DNA of 38,677 nt from a virus. The stretch lies in IMG/VR virus record IMGVR_UViG_3300049437_000037, one strand, 5' to 3'. The position numbers and the translations under genes are program-made. This document shows, in pieces, positions 30,546-38,677 of this stretch (within the stretch, counting starts at the first letter, position 1; every line of letters begins with the position of its first letter). The notes under the pieces are model-generated. The model was not told the origin of the DNA. It saw only the letters and a list, made by a program, of their open reading frames with translations, and did no database searches.

Positions 30546-30851
30546 ATGGGGCGCACGGTCGCCGAGTTGCAGGCGGCCATGAGCAGCCGGGAGTTCACCG
30601 AGTGGCAAGCGTACTTCGCGCTGGAGCCGTTCGGCGAAGAGCGGGCCGACATCCGGGCGGCGCTGGTGGCCAGCGTGATCGCCAACGTGAACCGCAACCC
30701 GAAGAAGCGGTCGAGCCCGTTCGCTGTGAAGGACTTCATGCTGAGGTTTGGCGAAGCGGCCGGGTCACGTGAGCAGAGCGTAGAGCAGCAACTGAGCCTG
30801 GTCGAGATGCTGAACGCGGCGTTCGGCGGAGTGGATAAGAGAAAACACTGA
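30546..30851 (+). CDS. Tail assembly chaperone extension (gpT-like); probably made mainly as a G-T fusion
   Basis: It is in the -1 frame relative to the 30139 gene. 'FTEWQAYFALEPFGEERADIRAA' resembles gpT-type segments. There is a TGATG junction with TMP. Confidence 0.7.
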   Translation: MGRTVAELQAAMSSREFTEWQAYFALEPFGEERADIRAALVASVIANVNRNPKKRSSPFAVKDFMLRFGEAAGSREQSVEQQLSLVEMLNAAFGGVDKRKH

Positions 30852-32752
30852 TGGGCACACTCGCGACACTGGTGGTCAAGCTGGTTGGTGATGTCGGCAA
30901 CTTCATCACCAACATGGACAAGGCCGGCACCTCGGCGAACAAAACTGCCGGCGCGATCGTCGACGCTATCCAGGGCGGGGCGAAGGTGATCGGCGGCGCG
31001 TTCGACGTGATCACCGGCGACTACTCCAAGATGGGCGACATGCTGGGCATGATCCCAGGACCTATCGGCCAGATCGGCAAGATGGCCGGCGACGCGCTGG
31101 GCTCGATCATCGAGGATACCGTCGAGGCGGCCGAGGGGTTTCGCAAACTGTCGGCGGCCACAGGCTCGTCGGTCGAGTTCCTGAGCGGCTTCACCGAGGT
31201 GGCCGATGACATGCGGGTCGACAGCGAGACAGTCGCGGCGGGGTTGGAGAAGTTCGCGCGCGGCCTGGGCGGGATTGTCGAGGCCGGCGAGGGCGTGAGC
31301 GAATCGACCAAGGGGATCGCCGGGGCGCTCAACAAGATGGACATCGCGCTGTACGACTCGACCGGCAGTATGCGCGACATGGAGCAGCTTATTCCGCAGG
31401 TGGCCGATGCGTTCATGCGGATGCCCGACGGCCCGAACAAGACGGCTATCGCGGTGCAACTGTTCGGCAAGAAGGGCGCGGAGTTGATCCCGATCCTGAA
31501 CCTGGGCAGCCAGGCTATGAAGGAAAACATGGCGGCGGCCAAGGCGATGGGGCTGGTCTACACCGATGAAACCGTCAAAGCGGTCGATAAACTGAAGGCG
31601 TCTCAGGACTCGATCGGCGATTCGTTCGAGGGGGTCAAGCGGTCGATAGGAATGGGAGTTCTGCCGGAGCTGGCCAGGCTGACCGGGCACCTGAACGAAA
31701 ACCTGCAATCGACCACACAGAGCGGATTCGGATTCGAGACGTTGAAAAAGAATGTCGAGTCGTGGGTGGCCGTGCTGACCGGCGCATCAGCCGACACGTC
31801 GACGGCCAAAGACATCCAGATCACGTACCACAACGCGGTTGCAGACACGGTGCCGAATGTCGACCGATTGATCGAGGCGACGAAGGCGAATTCGGTGTCG
31901 TTCGTGGAGTACAGCGAAGAGGCGATGAACGCGGCGACACGCGACCGTGAGCTGGCGCAGATCGTGGAAGAAACACGGGCAGCGCACGATCGGCTGCGGG
32001 AGTCCGTGAATCTCGCCACGGCGGCCTACACGGCGAGCACGGACCCGCTGAAGGCGTTGGAGGCGGCCCAGATCGCGTTCAAGATCGCGACGGGCCAGAT
32101 GACAGCCGAGGACTTGCTGCAACAGCAGGCCAAAAAGGAGCTGATACAGGAGTACCAGAACGGCATCCTTACCCTGCCGCAACTCACAACCCAGATGATT
32201 CAGCTCACCAATGGCACGTTGGGCGCGAATGACGTGCTGGCGCGGGGCACGCCGACGGCGGCGGGATATAGAGGCGAAGTGACTCAGATCATAGGCGCGG
32301 CGAACGATGCAGCCACAGCGGCGCAGAACCTGGTCACACCGCTGAACAACACCAACACGGCCGCATCGAACGCAGCCGAGGCGGCGGCGCGGCTGAAGAC
32401 CAAGCTGGGCGAGATCCCGTCGACTGTATCGACGACTTTGAGAATAGTTTTGCAGTCGGACATCCAATCGTCGGCGGATATCTGGGATGCGTTCTACCGC
32501 GCGGCCGGCGGCCCGGTCGAAGCCGGCCAGCCGTACATCGTGGGCGAGCGTGGGCCGGAAGTGTTCGTGCCGGATGTGTCGGGCGAGATCGTGCCCGACC
32601 TGGGCAGCATGAGCCACACGGCGCTACCCGACGACGGCGAAACGCGGCAGGTGACGATCACACAGCAGTTCTACGGCAAAGCAGACCCGGCCCAGGTGCG
32701 CGACGCGACGGCGGACGCGATTCGCAGCTCCGGACTGATGGTGGTGAACTAA
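30851..32752 (+). CDS. Tail tape measure protein
   Basis: 633 aa, helical and Ala/Gly-rich, in the canonical position after the G/GT chaperones. Confidence 0.85.
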   Translation: MGTLATLVVKLVGDVGNFITNMDKAGTSANKTAGAIVDAIQGGAKVIGGAFDVITGDYSKMGDMLGMIPGPIGQIGKMAGDALGSIIEDTVEAAEGFRKLSAATGSSVEFLSGFTEVADDMRVDSETVAAGLEKFARGLGGIVEAGEGVSESTKGIAGALNKMDIALYDSTGSMRDMEQLIPQVADAFMRMPDGPNKTAIAVQLFGKKGAELIPILNLGSQAMKENMAAAKAMGLVYTDETVKAVDKLKASQDSIGDSFEGVKRSIGMGVLPELARLTGHLNENLQSTTQSGFGFETLKKNVESWVAVLTGASADTSTAKDIQITYHNAVADTVPNVDRLIEATKANSVSFVEYSEEAMNAATRDRELAQIVEETRAAHDRLRESVNLATAAYTASTDPLKALEAAQIAFKIATGQMTAEDLLQQQAKKELIQEYQNGILTLPQLTTQMIQLTNGTLGANDVLARGTPTAAGYRGEVTQIIGAANDAATAAQNLVTPLNNTNTAASNAAEAAARLKTKLGEIPSTVSTTLRIVLQSDIQSSADIWDAFYRAAGGPVEAGQPYIVGERGPEVFVPDVSGEIVPDLGSMSHTALPDDGETRQVTITQQFYGKADPAQVRDATADAIRSSGLMVVN

Positions 32753-33507
32753 TGCGACTATCTGAGTTCGCCGGGGTGACGCTGCCGGACGCGCAGGCAG
32801 TGAGCGACCTGACGCGGGTGGCGGAGCGCGAAAAGCTGAAACCGGTCGGGCTGCCGATGGGCGAGTATGACCTGTACGGGTCGGAGTCGCCGATGGGGGC
32901 GCAGACCTATCGCGCTGATTTCGCTATGACGGCGGTGACGCAAGCGATGGTCGACGCGCTGATGGCCAAGGAAGGCACACGCGGGACGCTGAAGCAACTC
33001 ATGCGCGACGCCTCGACCCGGCAGGTCGACGCGAAGTTGTTGAAGGTGGCCCAGGGCGTGACCGTGGCCGACAAACATGGCGGCATCGAGCGGCTGAGCT
33101 GCACGTTCGAGGCTGACCCAGGGTGGTACGCCTCGGCACTCACGACCGTCAATTTCACGACGACGGCGGCGGTTGAGCTGAGCGGAGCGAATGTGCACGC
33201 CGGAAACCTGCGGGCGGTGCGGTATCTGGTGCTGACGATCACGACGGCCCTGGCCGGTGTGACCAACATCACGGTGCTGAACACGGGCGGGCTCAACCCG
33301 ACGCTGCAATACACACAGGCCACATCGGGCACGCTGGTGATCGACTGCGGCGCGCATACGGTCTATGAGGGATCGACGAACCGAATGGCGAAGATCAGCC
33401 GGCCCTATACGCAGGTGCCGTTGTTGTGGGTGGACCCTGGGGCCGCCTGGGTGACGTTCGACCGGTCGCTGTCGGGCAGCGTGGCGTTCAGGAGTGCGTG
33501 GAAATGA
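32752..33507 (+). CDS. Distal tail protein (Dit-like)
   Basis: 251 aa immediately after TMP, with a TAATG junction. Confidence 0.6.
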   Translation: MRLSEFAGVTLPDAQAVSDLTRVAEREKLKPVGLPMGEYDLYGSESPMGAQTYRADFAMTAVTQAMVDALMAKEGTRGTLKQLMRDASTRQVDAKLLKVAQGVTVADKHGGIERLSCTFEADPGWYASALTTVNFTTTAAVELSGANVHAGNLRAVRYLVLTITTALAGVTNITVLNTGGLNPTLQYTQATSGTLVIDCGAHTVYEGSTNRMAKISRPYTQVPLLWVDPGAAWVTFDRSLSGSVAFRSAWK

Positions 33508-35687
33508 GTGGATCGGGCTTTTACATCGACGTTTACTCAGCGGCCGGGGTGAAGGAAAACGGCACGGCCATCGACGTGACGGGCGTCAAGCTGACCGAGA
33601 AGGTCAACAGGATGGGCGAGCTCGTGTTCACCGTGCCGGCGTTGGTGGCGAACGCGGCCGGGATGGTGTTCGGTAAACAGTACAAGGTCCACCACGCGAC
33701 GCTCGGCCTGCTGGGCACGTTCTATCACCGGGTGGCCACGCAGAACGCGAGCCAACACACGACGACGATCACCTGTGACGACAGCACAAAAAAGCTGTGG
33801 GATCGCAGCGTGCATTTCAATCTTCGGTATGGCCAGGGCTGGTCGGGCAAGGGCGCTATTCAGGACGTGATCGCGAAGTTCAACGCGGCGACCGGCCTGG
33901 CCTGGTCGGTCGTGTTCGAGGTCGGGTTCCCCAACGACCCGGTGGCCATCCAGGGCCAGGGCGAGAGTTATCTGGCGTTCCTCGACCGGCTCCGGGCGCT
34001 GACGCGCGGGTTCTGGCGCCGCAAGAGCGACACGCAGATCGAGTTCGGACAGTTCAGGAACGTCGGCATGGTGCCCACGTACTACGACTCCGGCCCCTAC
34101 GGCAACACCATTTACGACACGCGCCGGTACGACTCCACGCCGGGCGACTACGACCCGAGCGAGGTGGCCGCCACGGTGATCAACGTGCCGGTGCTGTCGA
34201 GCCAGACCGAGGCGCGGGCCGAATATGCGCTGGTAACGGAGCTGACCAAGATCGCCGACGGCGCGAACGTCATCAATCGCGTGATCCCGATCGGGGCCGG
34301 GCAGGACCAAACCCAGCTCACGCTGGAGCGGTCCACGATGACGTATCCGTACACCATCGCGACCGGCGCGAACCCGGACGGCTCGGCGTACTACTACCTG
34401 CGCGAGGTGGCCAGCGAGACGCTGTACGACGTGGTCGAGCGGACGCTACCCTTCGACATCAGCCCCGTCACAAACTCAGACGCTGACCTGGTGCAGGCGG
34501 CCAACGCGCTCTACATCAGCGGCGCGGCCTACCTGCGGAAGTTCGCCTATGCCGGTGAGGTGTACAGCCTGAGTTGCGTCGACCTGCCGGCGACGGCGCT
34601 GCCGGGCGACCTGATCGTGCTGGATTACCGGGGCGTGGTGACAATGCCGGGCGGCGCGCAGGCCGAGATGACCATCGCCAACCAGCCGTTCTTCATCGTC
34701 GAGCGGGTGACAGACTTCGGCGAGTCGGGCAAGCCGGTGTACAAGCTGAGGATCAGCACGAACGGCGAAGACTCGGCGGATGTGGACGCGATCCTGACGC
34801 AGATGGTCGCCGAGCTCGACCGGTTTAAGGTTCGTCCCGATCCCACGCAAACGTACTGGCCGGTGCCGTTCCCGATCCTGCCGATCGACACGGAGCGGCC
34901 GGCAAGGTATCCGTTCACGATCAAGCGCAACGTGCTCTACATCAACGAAGCGAAACTGAAGTTTCGGCTGATGCCGTTGCGCAGCTACATCACCGTCGTG
35001 GCGGCCAGCCAGGATGACACCAGCGGGCCGAGTACTCGTGAAACAGCCGAGGATGGCGGGCAGGTAGGGAGTGGACCGAGCAGCAAGGTGACAGCCGAGG
35101 ATGGCGGGCAGGTAGGGAGTGGACCGAGCAGCACGGCCACGAGCGGCGGCGGCGGGGGTGGGTCTCCATCGAGCGGTCAGCAAAGTTCAACGCACACGCA
35201 TTATTACTTTGGCGACGCCGAGAGCACGACGCACTATCACACGATCACAGTGGGCGACCACGTCCACGGGATGGACCACAACCACCTTGGCGGCAAGCAC
35301 GGCCACGGGATGGATCACACGCACGTTGGCGGCAAGCATGGTCATAAGATGGACCATCACCACGTCGTTAAGGCGCACACGCACCCATCCTCGTTCGGGG
35401 TGTACGACGACCCGCTGACGCCGCAATCGGTGACGATCTGGCTCGACGGCTACCAGCTCATCAACCTGCGCAACGACGAAACCGGCGAGTTGTTGGGCAA
35501 CAGCGTGAGCGGCGAGGGTTTGTACGAGGTCGACCTGCTGTACCACGCGACGGCACAGCCGCACGGCCTGAGCCAGAAGCGCAACGTGGCGGGCAATCAT
35601 CGCATCGAGGTTAGGTGCGGGGCCGATCAGGGCCAGGTGTACGCCTGGATTGACGGCCGCGTGACCATTCAGCCGATTTCGGTATAG
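33504..35687 (+). CDS. Tail-associated baseplate hub protein (Tal-like) with a C-terminal His-rich HxH repeat region
   Basis: ATGA overlap with Dit. 727 aa. The C-terminal region contains 'DHVHGMDHNHLGGKHGHGMDHTHVGGKHGHKMDHHH'. Confidence 0.7.
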   Translation: MSGSGFYIDVYSAAGVKENGTAIDVTGVKLTEKVNRMGELVFTVPALVANAAGMVFGKQYKVHHATLGLLGTFYHRVATQNASQHTTTITCDDSTKKLWDRSVHFNLRYGQGWSGKGAIQDVIAKFNAATGLAWSVVFEVGFPNDPVAIQGQGESYLAFLDRLRALTRGFWRRKSDTQIEFGQFRNVGMVPTYYDSGPYGNTIYDTRRYDSTPGDYDPSEVAATVINVPVLSSQTEARAEYALVTELTKIADGANVINRVIPIGAGQDQTQLTLERSTMTYPYTIATGANPDGSAYYYLREVASETLYDVVERTLPFDISPVTNSDADLVQAANALYISGAAYLRKFAYAGEVYSLSCVDLPATALPGDLIVLDYRGVVTMPGGAQAEMTIANQPFFIVERVTDFGESGKPVYKLRISTNGEDSADVDAILTQMVAELDRFKVRPDPTQTYWPVPFPILPIDTERPARYPFTIKRNVLYINEAKLKFRLMPLRSYITVVAASQDDTSGPSTRETAEDGGQVGSGPSSKVTAEDGGQVGSGPSSTATSGGGGGGSPSSGQQSSTHTHYYFGDAESTTHYHTITVGDHVHGMDHNHLGGKHGHGMDHTHVGGKHGHKMDHHHVVKAHTHPSSFGVYDDPLTPQSVTIWLDGYQLINLRNDETGELLGNSVSGEGLYEVDLLYHATAQPHGLSQKRNVAGNHRIEVRCGADQGQVYAWIDGRVTIQPISV
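35042..35132 (+). repeat. Perfect 43-bp duplication at a 48-bp period inside the Tal gene (TAEDGGQVGSGPSS x2)
   Basis: 35042-35084 is identical to 35090-35132. Confidence 0.9.
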
Positions 35688-35694
35688 GAGAAAC

Positions 35695-37155
35695 ATGCCT
35701 ACCAACTGGCCAGCCGGCTATGACACCTTCACGGCCAAAACGCCGAGCATAAGCATTGTGACATCGAGCGACGGGAATAACTGGCAGGATGCCCTGGCAG
35801 CCATGCAGCAATCGTTGGGCGCGGCGCATGCGACGATCAGCGACACCAGCACGCCGCCGGCCGCGCCGGCCAACCAGGCCGAGTTCAACGACATGGTGGC
35901 GTACCAGTTGCGCCGGCTGATCGACGGCGCCGACTGGAAGGCCGCGCCGAGCGCTGCCGTCACGCAGCTCGTGAACCGGCCCTACATTACCAACGGCGCT
36001 GACGCGGTACTGACGGGCGAGACGGCGATCGGGACAGCCATCAACGCCGGCCCGTTGGGGTCGAGGCCGGCGGCAGCGTCGGGCAACACGGGCTGGGTGT
36101 ACGCCGTTACATCGGGTGGCGATGCGACCTCGCCAAACGGGAGCTGGGCCCGGTCGAATGGTTCGTCCTGGGTGACGTTCGGCTTCATGGTCTACGGCAC
36201 GCTGGCCGATGGCGACCTGGTGTTCTGGGATGACACGAACAAGCGGTTCACAAAGCTTGGCGTGGGCTCGGCTGGGCAGGTGGTGGGGTCTGTGGCGGGC
36301 CGGCCGGCCTATTTCACGCCGAGCGGGGTGATGGTCGCGTCGCCATCGGTGTTCGATCCGGTGTCGAAGACCTGGATGTCCTACAGCACGATTCAAGGCG
36401 CAGTCGACAACGCGACGACTGGGCAGGTTGTATGGGGACCAGACGCGGTATACGGCGAGTCAGTCACGCTGAAGGATGGCGTGCTGGTCTACATGCCGGG
36501 AAGTACGATCCATTTGACCGCGACAACGCCAACTGTGACGGGCGCGGACGGCGGTGCGTTGATCGTGGACACGATCCGCAATACAAAGCCGAATGGCCGG
36601 TGCGTCGAACATGCATCCGGCACGGCTCGCATTGTGGCACGGCAGGTGCTGTGTGCGCCGACAGCCGGGCATTCGGACGCTATCGCCGTCGACATGGGCG
36701 CCGGCACGCTGTACCTGACGAGTGATCGCATCTCGGCAATTACGACTGAGGTGATCAGCCAGGCGGTAGCCGTCAGACTGCAATCATCGTCGGCGGTGTT
36801 GCATCTGACAGCACGCGAAGTGTCTGCGGTGAGCAGCGGCACCCTCTTGAGTGACGCATGGGGGTTGTACACGCAATACCCGGGCGGGACGATCCACGCT
36901 CGGTGCGGGTCGATCTCGGCGAGCGGATCATCAGGCGGGATGAACGCGGCGGTGCGAGCGCATCTGTACGGCACGATCAATCTGTACGGCGGCGTGCTGG
37001 CTGGAGCAGACTATGACATCCACAACAACGGGGCCACGATCAACGTGCATGGCTGCCAGTACAACCCGGCCAAAGTGGCGGGCGAGATCACGTATCTGAC
37101 CGGCGACCGGATGCGGCCCGCGCAAGTCGCGCTGTTCGCTGGCTCGTTTGCTTAA
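35695..37155 (+). CDS. Tail fibre / tailspike with a probable right-handed beta-helix
   Basis: AGGAGA lies upstream of the ATG. The N-terminus 'WPAGYDTF......NNWQDALAAMQQSLG' is typical of a fibre N-terminus. The C-terminal half shows repetitive short beta-strand periodicity. Confidence 0.65.
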   Translation: MPTNWPAGYDTFTAKTPSISIVTSSDGNNWQDALAAMQQSLGAAHATISDTSTPPAAPANQAEFNDMVAYQLRRLIDGADWKAAPSAAVTQLVNRPYITNGADAVLTGETAIGTAINAGPLGSRPAAASGNTGWVYAVTSGGDATSPNGSWARSNGSSWVTFGFMVYGTLADGDLVFWDDTNKRFTKLGVGSAGQVVGSVAGRPAYFTPSGVMVASPSVFDPVSKTWMSYSTIQGAVDNATTGQVVWGPDAVYGESVTLKDGVLVYMPGSTIHLTATTPTVTGADGGALIVDTIRNTKPNGRCVEHASGTARIVARQVLCAPTAGHSDAIAVDMGAGTLYLTSDRISAITTEVISQAVAVRLQSSSAVLHLTAREVSAVSSGTLLSDAWGLYTQYPGGTIHARCGSISASGSSGGMNAAVRAHLYGTINLYGGVLAGADYDIHNNGATINVHGCQYNPAKVAGEITYLTGDRMRPAQVALFAGSFA

Positions 37156-37170
37156 GGAGAACGAAACAAC

Positions 37171-37521
37171 ATGGCACCACAAGCTACCTGTGAACTGATG
37201 AAACTATCCGGCTCCACGGACGGGCGGATGATCAAGGTCGTAGCCACGGCCACGGCAGGCACCACGATCCACACCGCCGGCGCTGGGCTGGATGAGGTGT
37301 GGTTGTACGCGGTGAACTCGTCAACCTCTGCCGTGAAGCTGACGATTGAGAAGGGCGGCACCACCTCGCCAGATGACACCATCGAGGTTACGATCCCGCC
37401 AGAGGCCGGCCTGACACCGGTTCTGCCTGGGATGCTGATGCAGAACTCGCTGGTCATCAAGGCATTCGCGGGGAGCGCGAACGTGGTGATGATCGACGGG
37501 TGGGTCAAGCGATGGGCCTGA
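37171..37521 (+). CDS. Hypothetical beta-sandwich protein, paralogous in pattern to the halves of the 26049..26873 product
   Basis: AAGGAGAA lies upstream of the ATG. 'DEVWLYAVNSS...IEKGG....D.IEVTIPPEAG' can be compared with 'HEIWLYAYGET...IGVGGAGSEQ...IPAGSR'. Confidence 0.55.
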   Translation: MAPQATCELMKLSGSTDGRMIKVVATATAGTTIHTAGAGLDEVWLYAVNSSTSAVKLTIEKGGTTSPDDTIEVTIPPEAGLTPVLPGMLMQNSLVIKAFAGSANVVMIDGWVKRWA

Positions 37522-38276
37522 ACCATAGCCGCACCGCCATGCACTATCCCGGCCCGCTGGAGCGGATCAGACGCCCGCGCGCGCCGGCATGGCGCTACGA
37601 TCAGATCGTGTTGGCTGATGCGCCGATCAGTTACTGGCGGCTGGACGAAACAGCCGGGACTGCTGCAGCGGATCGAATGGGTGCCAACGGCGGGACGTAC
37701 ACCGGCACGTACACGCTGGGCGCGCCCGGCGCGTTGGCCGGCGACCTCAGCGCGGGCGTTGGGCTGGACGGCTCGACTGCATATGTGGCCGTTGGCACGT
37801 TCACAGGTTTGCCGGTTGGCGCGAACGTCCGCACCATTGAGGCGTGGATCAATATCTCCGGCGTTGGCGGGACGGTGTTCGCGTATGGCAACGGGGCGAC
37901 GGCGGGCCAGGAGTTCATCGTTTCAGCGGTCAACGTGGCGGGCACATGGTATCTGTTCACAGACGGAACGAATGCCTCAAACAACCTCACGCTGACCGGA
38001 GCGGAGATCCCCAGCGCGGGCGTGTGGCATCACATCGCGTTCGTGTTGTCCAGCTCAACGGCCTGGGCGTACTACCTCGATGGGCAATTCGTGAAGTCAG
38101 GAACATTCGCTGTAGCAATCAACACGGCCACGGTCAACGCGGCGCGCATCGGCGATCGCGCGGATGTGGCCGGACAAACGTTTGCCGGCGTGCTCGATGA
38201 GGTTGCGGTGTATGCGGCGGCGCTGCCGGCGTCGCGCATCTGGGAGCACTATCGGGCCGGTGTGCGGCGGGGATGA
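37512..38276 (+). CDS. LamG / concanavalin-A-like lectin domain protein (Laminin_G_3-like)
   Basis: 'YWRLDE..G..A.D..G...G.Y.G....G..G' together with 'ARIG......Q.F.G.LDEVAVY..AL....I..HY' is the textbook LamG_3 pattern. Confidence 0.8.
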   Translation: MGLNHSRTAMHYPGPLERIRRPRAPAWRYDQIVLADAPISYWRLDETAGTAAADRMGANGGTYTGTYTLGAPGALAGDLSAGVGLDGSTAYVAVGTFTGLPVGANVRTIEAWINISGVGGTVFAYGNGATAGQEFIVSAVNVAGTWYLFTDGTNASNNLTLTGAEIPSAGVWHHIAFVLSSSTAWAYYLDGQFVKSGTFAVAINTATVNAARIGDRADVAGQTFAGVLDEVAVYAAALPASRIWEHYRAGVRRG

Positions 38277-38305
38277 GTTCGTGGCTCGACCGATAATGAC
38301 TCACG

Positions 38306-38566
38306 ATGAAGGAAGTTGCTAGAACCTTTACGGAGACGCGAACGTATACCGAATGGGAGCCGGGCGACCTGGTCCGGCTGCCAGAGGGGCACGGTAACTG
38401 GGAGCATGGCCACGGCCTGCCGCCCGGAGTCTATCGCGTAGAGCGGTTCGAGCCGCCGATGTGCGCCGCCGATGATCCCATTGTGTTTGTCGAGGGCCAT
38501 CTGCATGGCCTCCCGTCGAGCTGCGTCGTAGCGCCGGAGTCGGCGCCGGCGCCTGCACCGCAATGA
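38306..38566 (+). CDS. Hypothetical protein (last rightward gene, convergent with int across the circular junction)
   Basis: 86-aa ORF. The stop lies inside the terminal repeat. Confidence 0.45.
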   Translation: MKEVARTFTETRTYTEWEPGDLVRLPEGHGNWEHGHGLPPGVYRVERFEPPMCAADDPIVFVEGHLHGLPSSCVVAPESAPAPAPQ

Positions 38567-38677
38567 ATGCACGATGCCCGGTCTGCCGGCGACGGAACTG
38601 CACGACCAAACACCGCGTGGCGCGGCTGGCGCGGTTGGATCGGCGTTCGCGGTCCTACGTGCGACACGGCGTGTCAC
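38551..38677. repeat. Right copy of the exact 127-bp terminal direct repeat
   Basis: Identical to 1-127. It contains the last 16 nt and stop codon of CDS 38306..38566. Confidence 0.95.

Noticed and set aside
33797-34486. The 229-aa plus-strand ORF in an alternative frame inside the Tal gene.
   Set aside because: The translation is Arg/Gly/Pro-rich and low-complexity. It lies fully nested in the 727-aa Tal CDS, which has proper gene junctions with Dit and the fibre gene.
38551-38677. Interpreting the 127-bp end repeat as attL/attR of an integrated prophage, or as a packaged direct terminal repeat.
   Set aside because: No host-like sequence lies outside the repeats, because the window starts and ends exactly on them. 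A CDS runs through the right copy. The terminase module (HNH + P27 TerS) is the type associated with cos ends rather than long DTRs. An assembly overlap of a circular path is the simplest explanation, although reads are needed to prove it.

Overview
The window is a complete, circularly assembled genome of a temperate siphovirus-like phage or prophage. Bases 1-127 are identical to 38551-38677, so the unique length is 38,550 bp. The sequence is GC-rich. All product calls come from motif and architecture recognition by eye; no homology search was run.

Layout:
- Leftward (minus-strand) module: tyrosine integrase, a PrimPol-type primase/polymerase fused to a winged-helix domain, and an excisionase-family HTH protein.
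- A compact divergent promoter/operator region at about 3940-4010.
- A rightward early region (4.0-12.3 kb) of small unknown ORFs, a ParB-like N-terminal-domain protein, two polytopic membrane proteins and a dense array of the 10-mer TAGTGGGCAA.
- A promoter-to-terminator 'moron' at 12.38-13.70 kb.
- The late operon: holin, a TM/coiled-coil protein with an EAD-like tail, HNH endonuclease, P27-type TerS, TerL, HK97-type portal/protease/capsid, head-tail joining genes, a TP901-like tail module with a G/GT -1 frameshift, tape measure, Dit, Tal, a beta-helix fibre and a LamG protein.

Main oddities:
- A nine-gene block (24.5-29.6 kb) is wedged between the tail terminator and the major tail protein. 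It includes a membrane-anchored SGNH-like protein, a 64-aa LuxR/GerE HTH and a 22-aa x9 repeat protein.
- No recognisable endolysin lies beside the holin.
- A conserved CGAAT-periodic element occurs at three loci.

Pro/Thr-rich linkers and the EAD-like module suggest a filamentous or multicellular host such as Chloroflexota or Actinomycetota. This is inference only.
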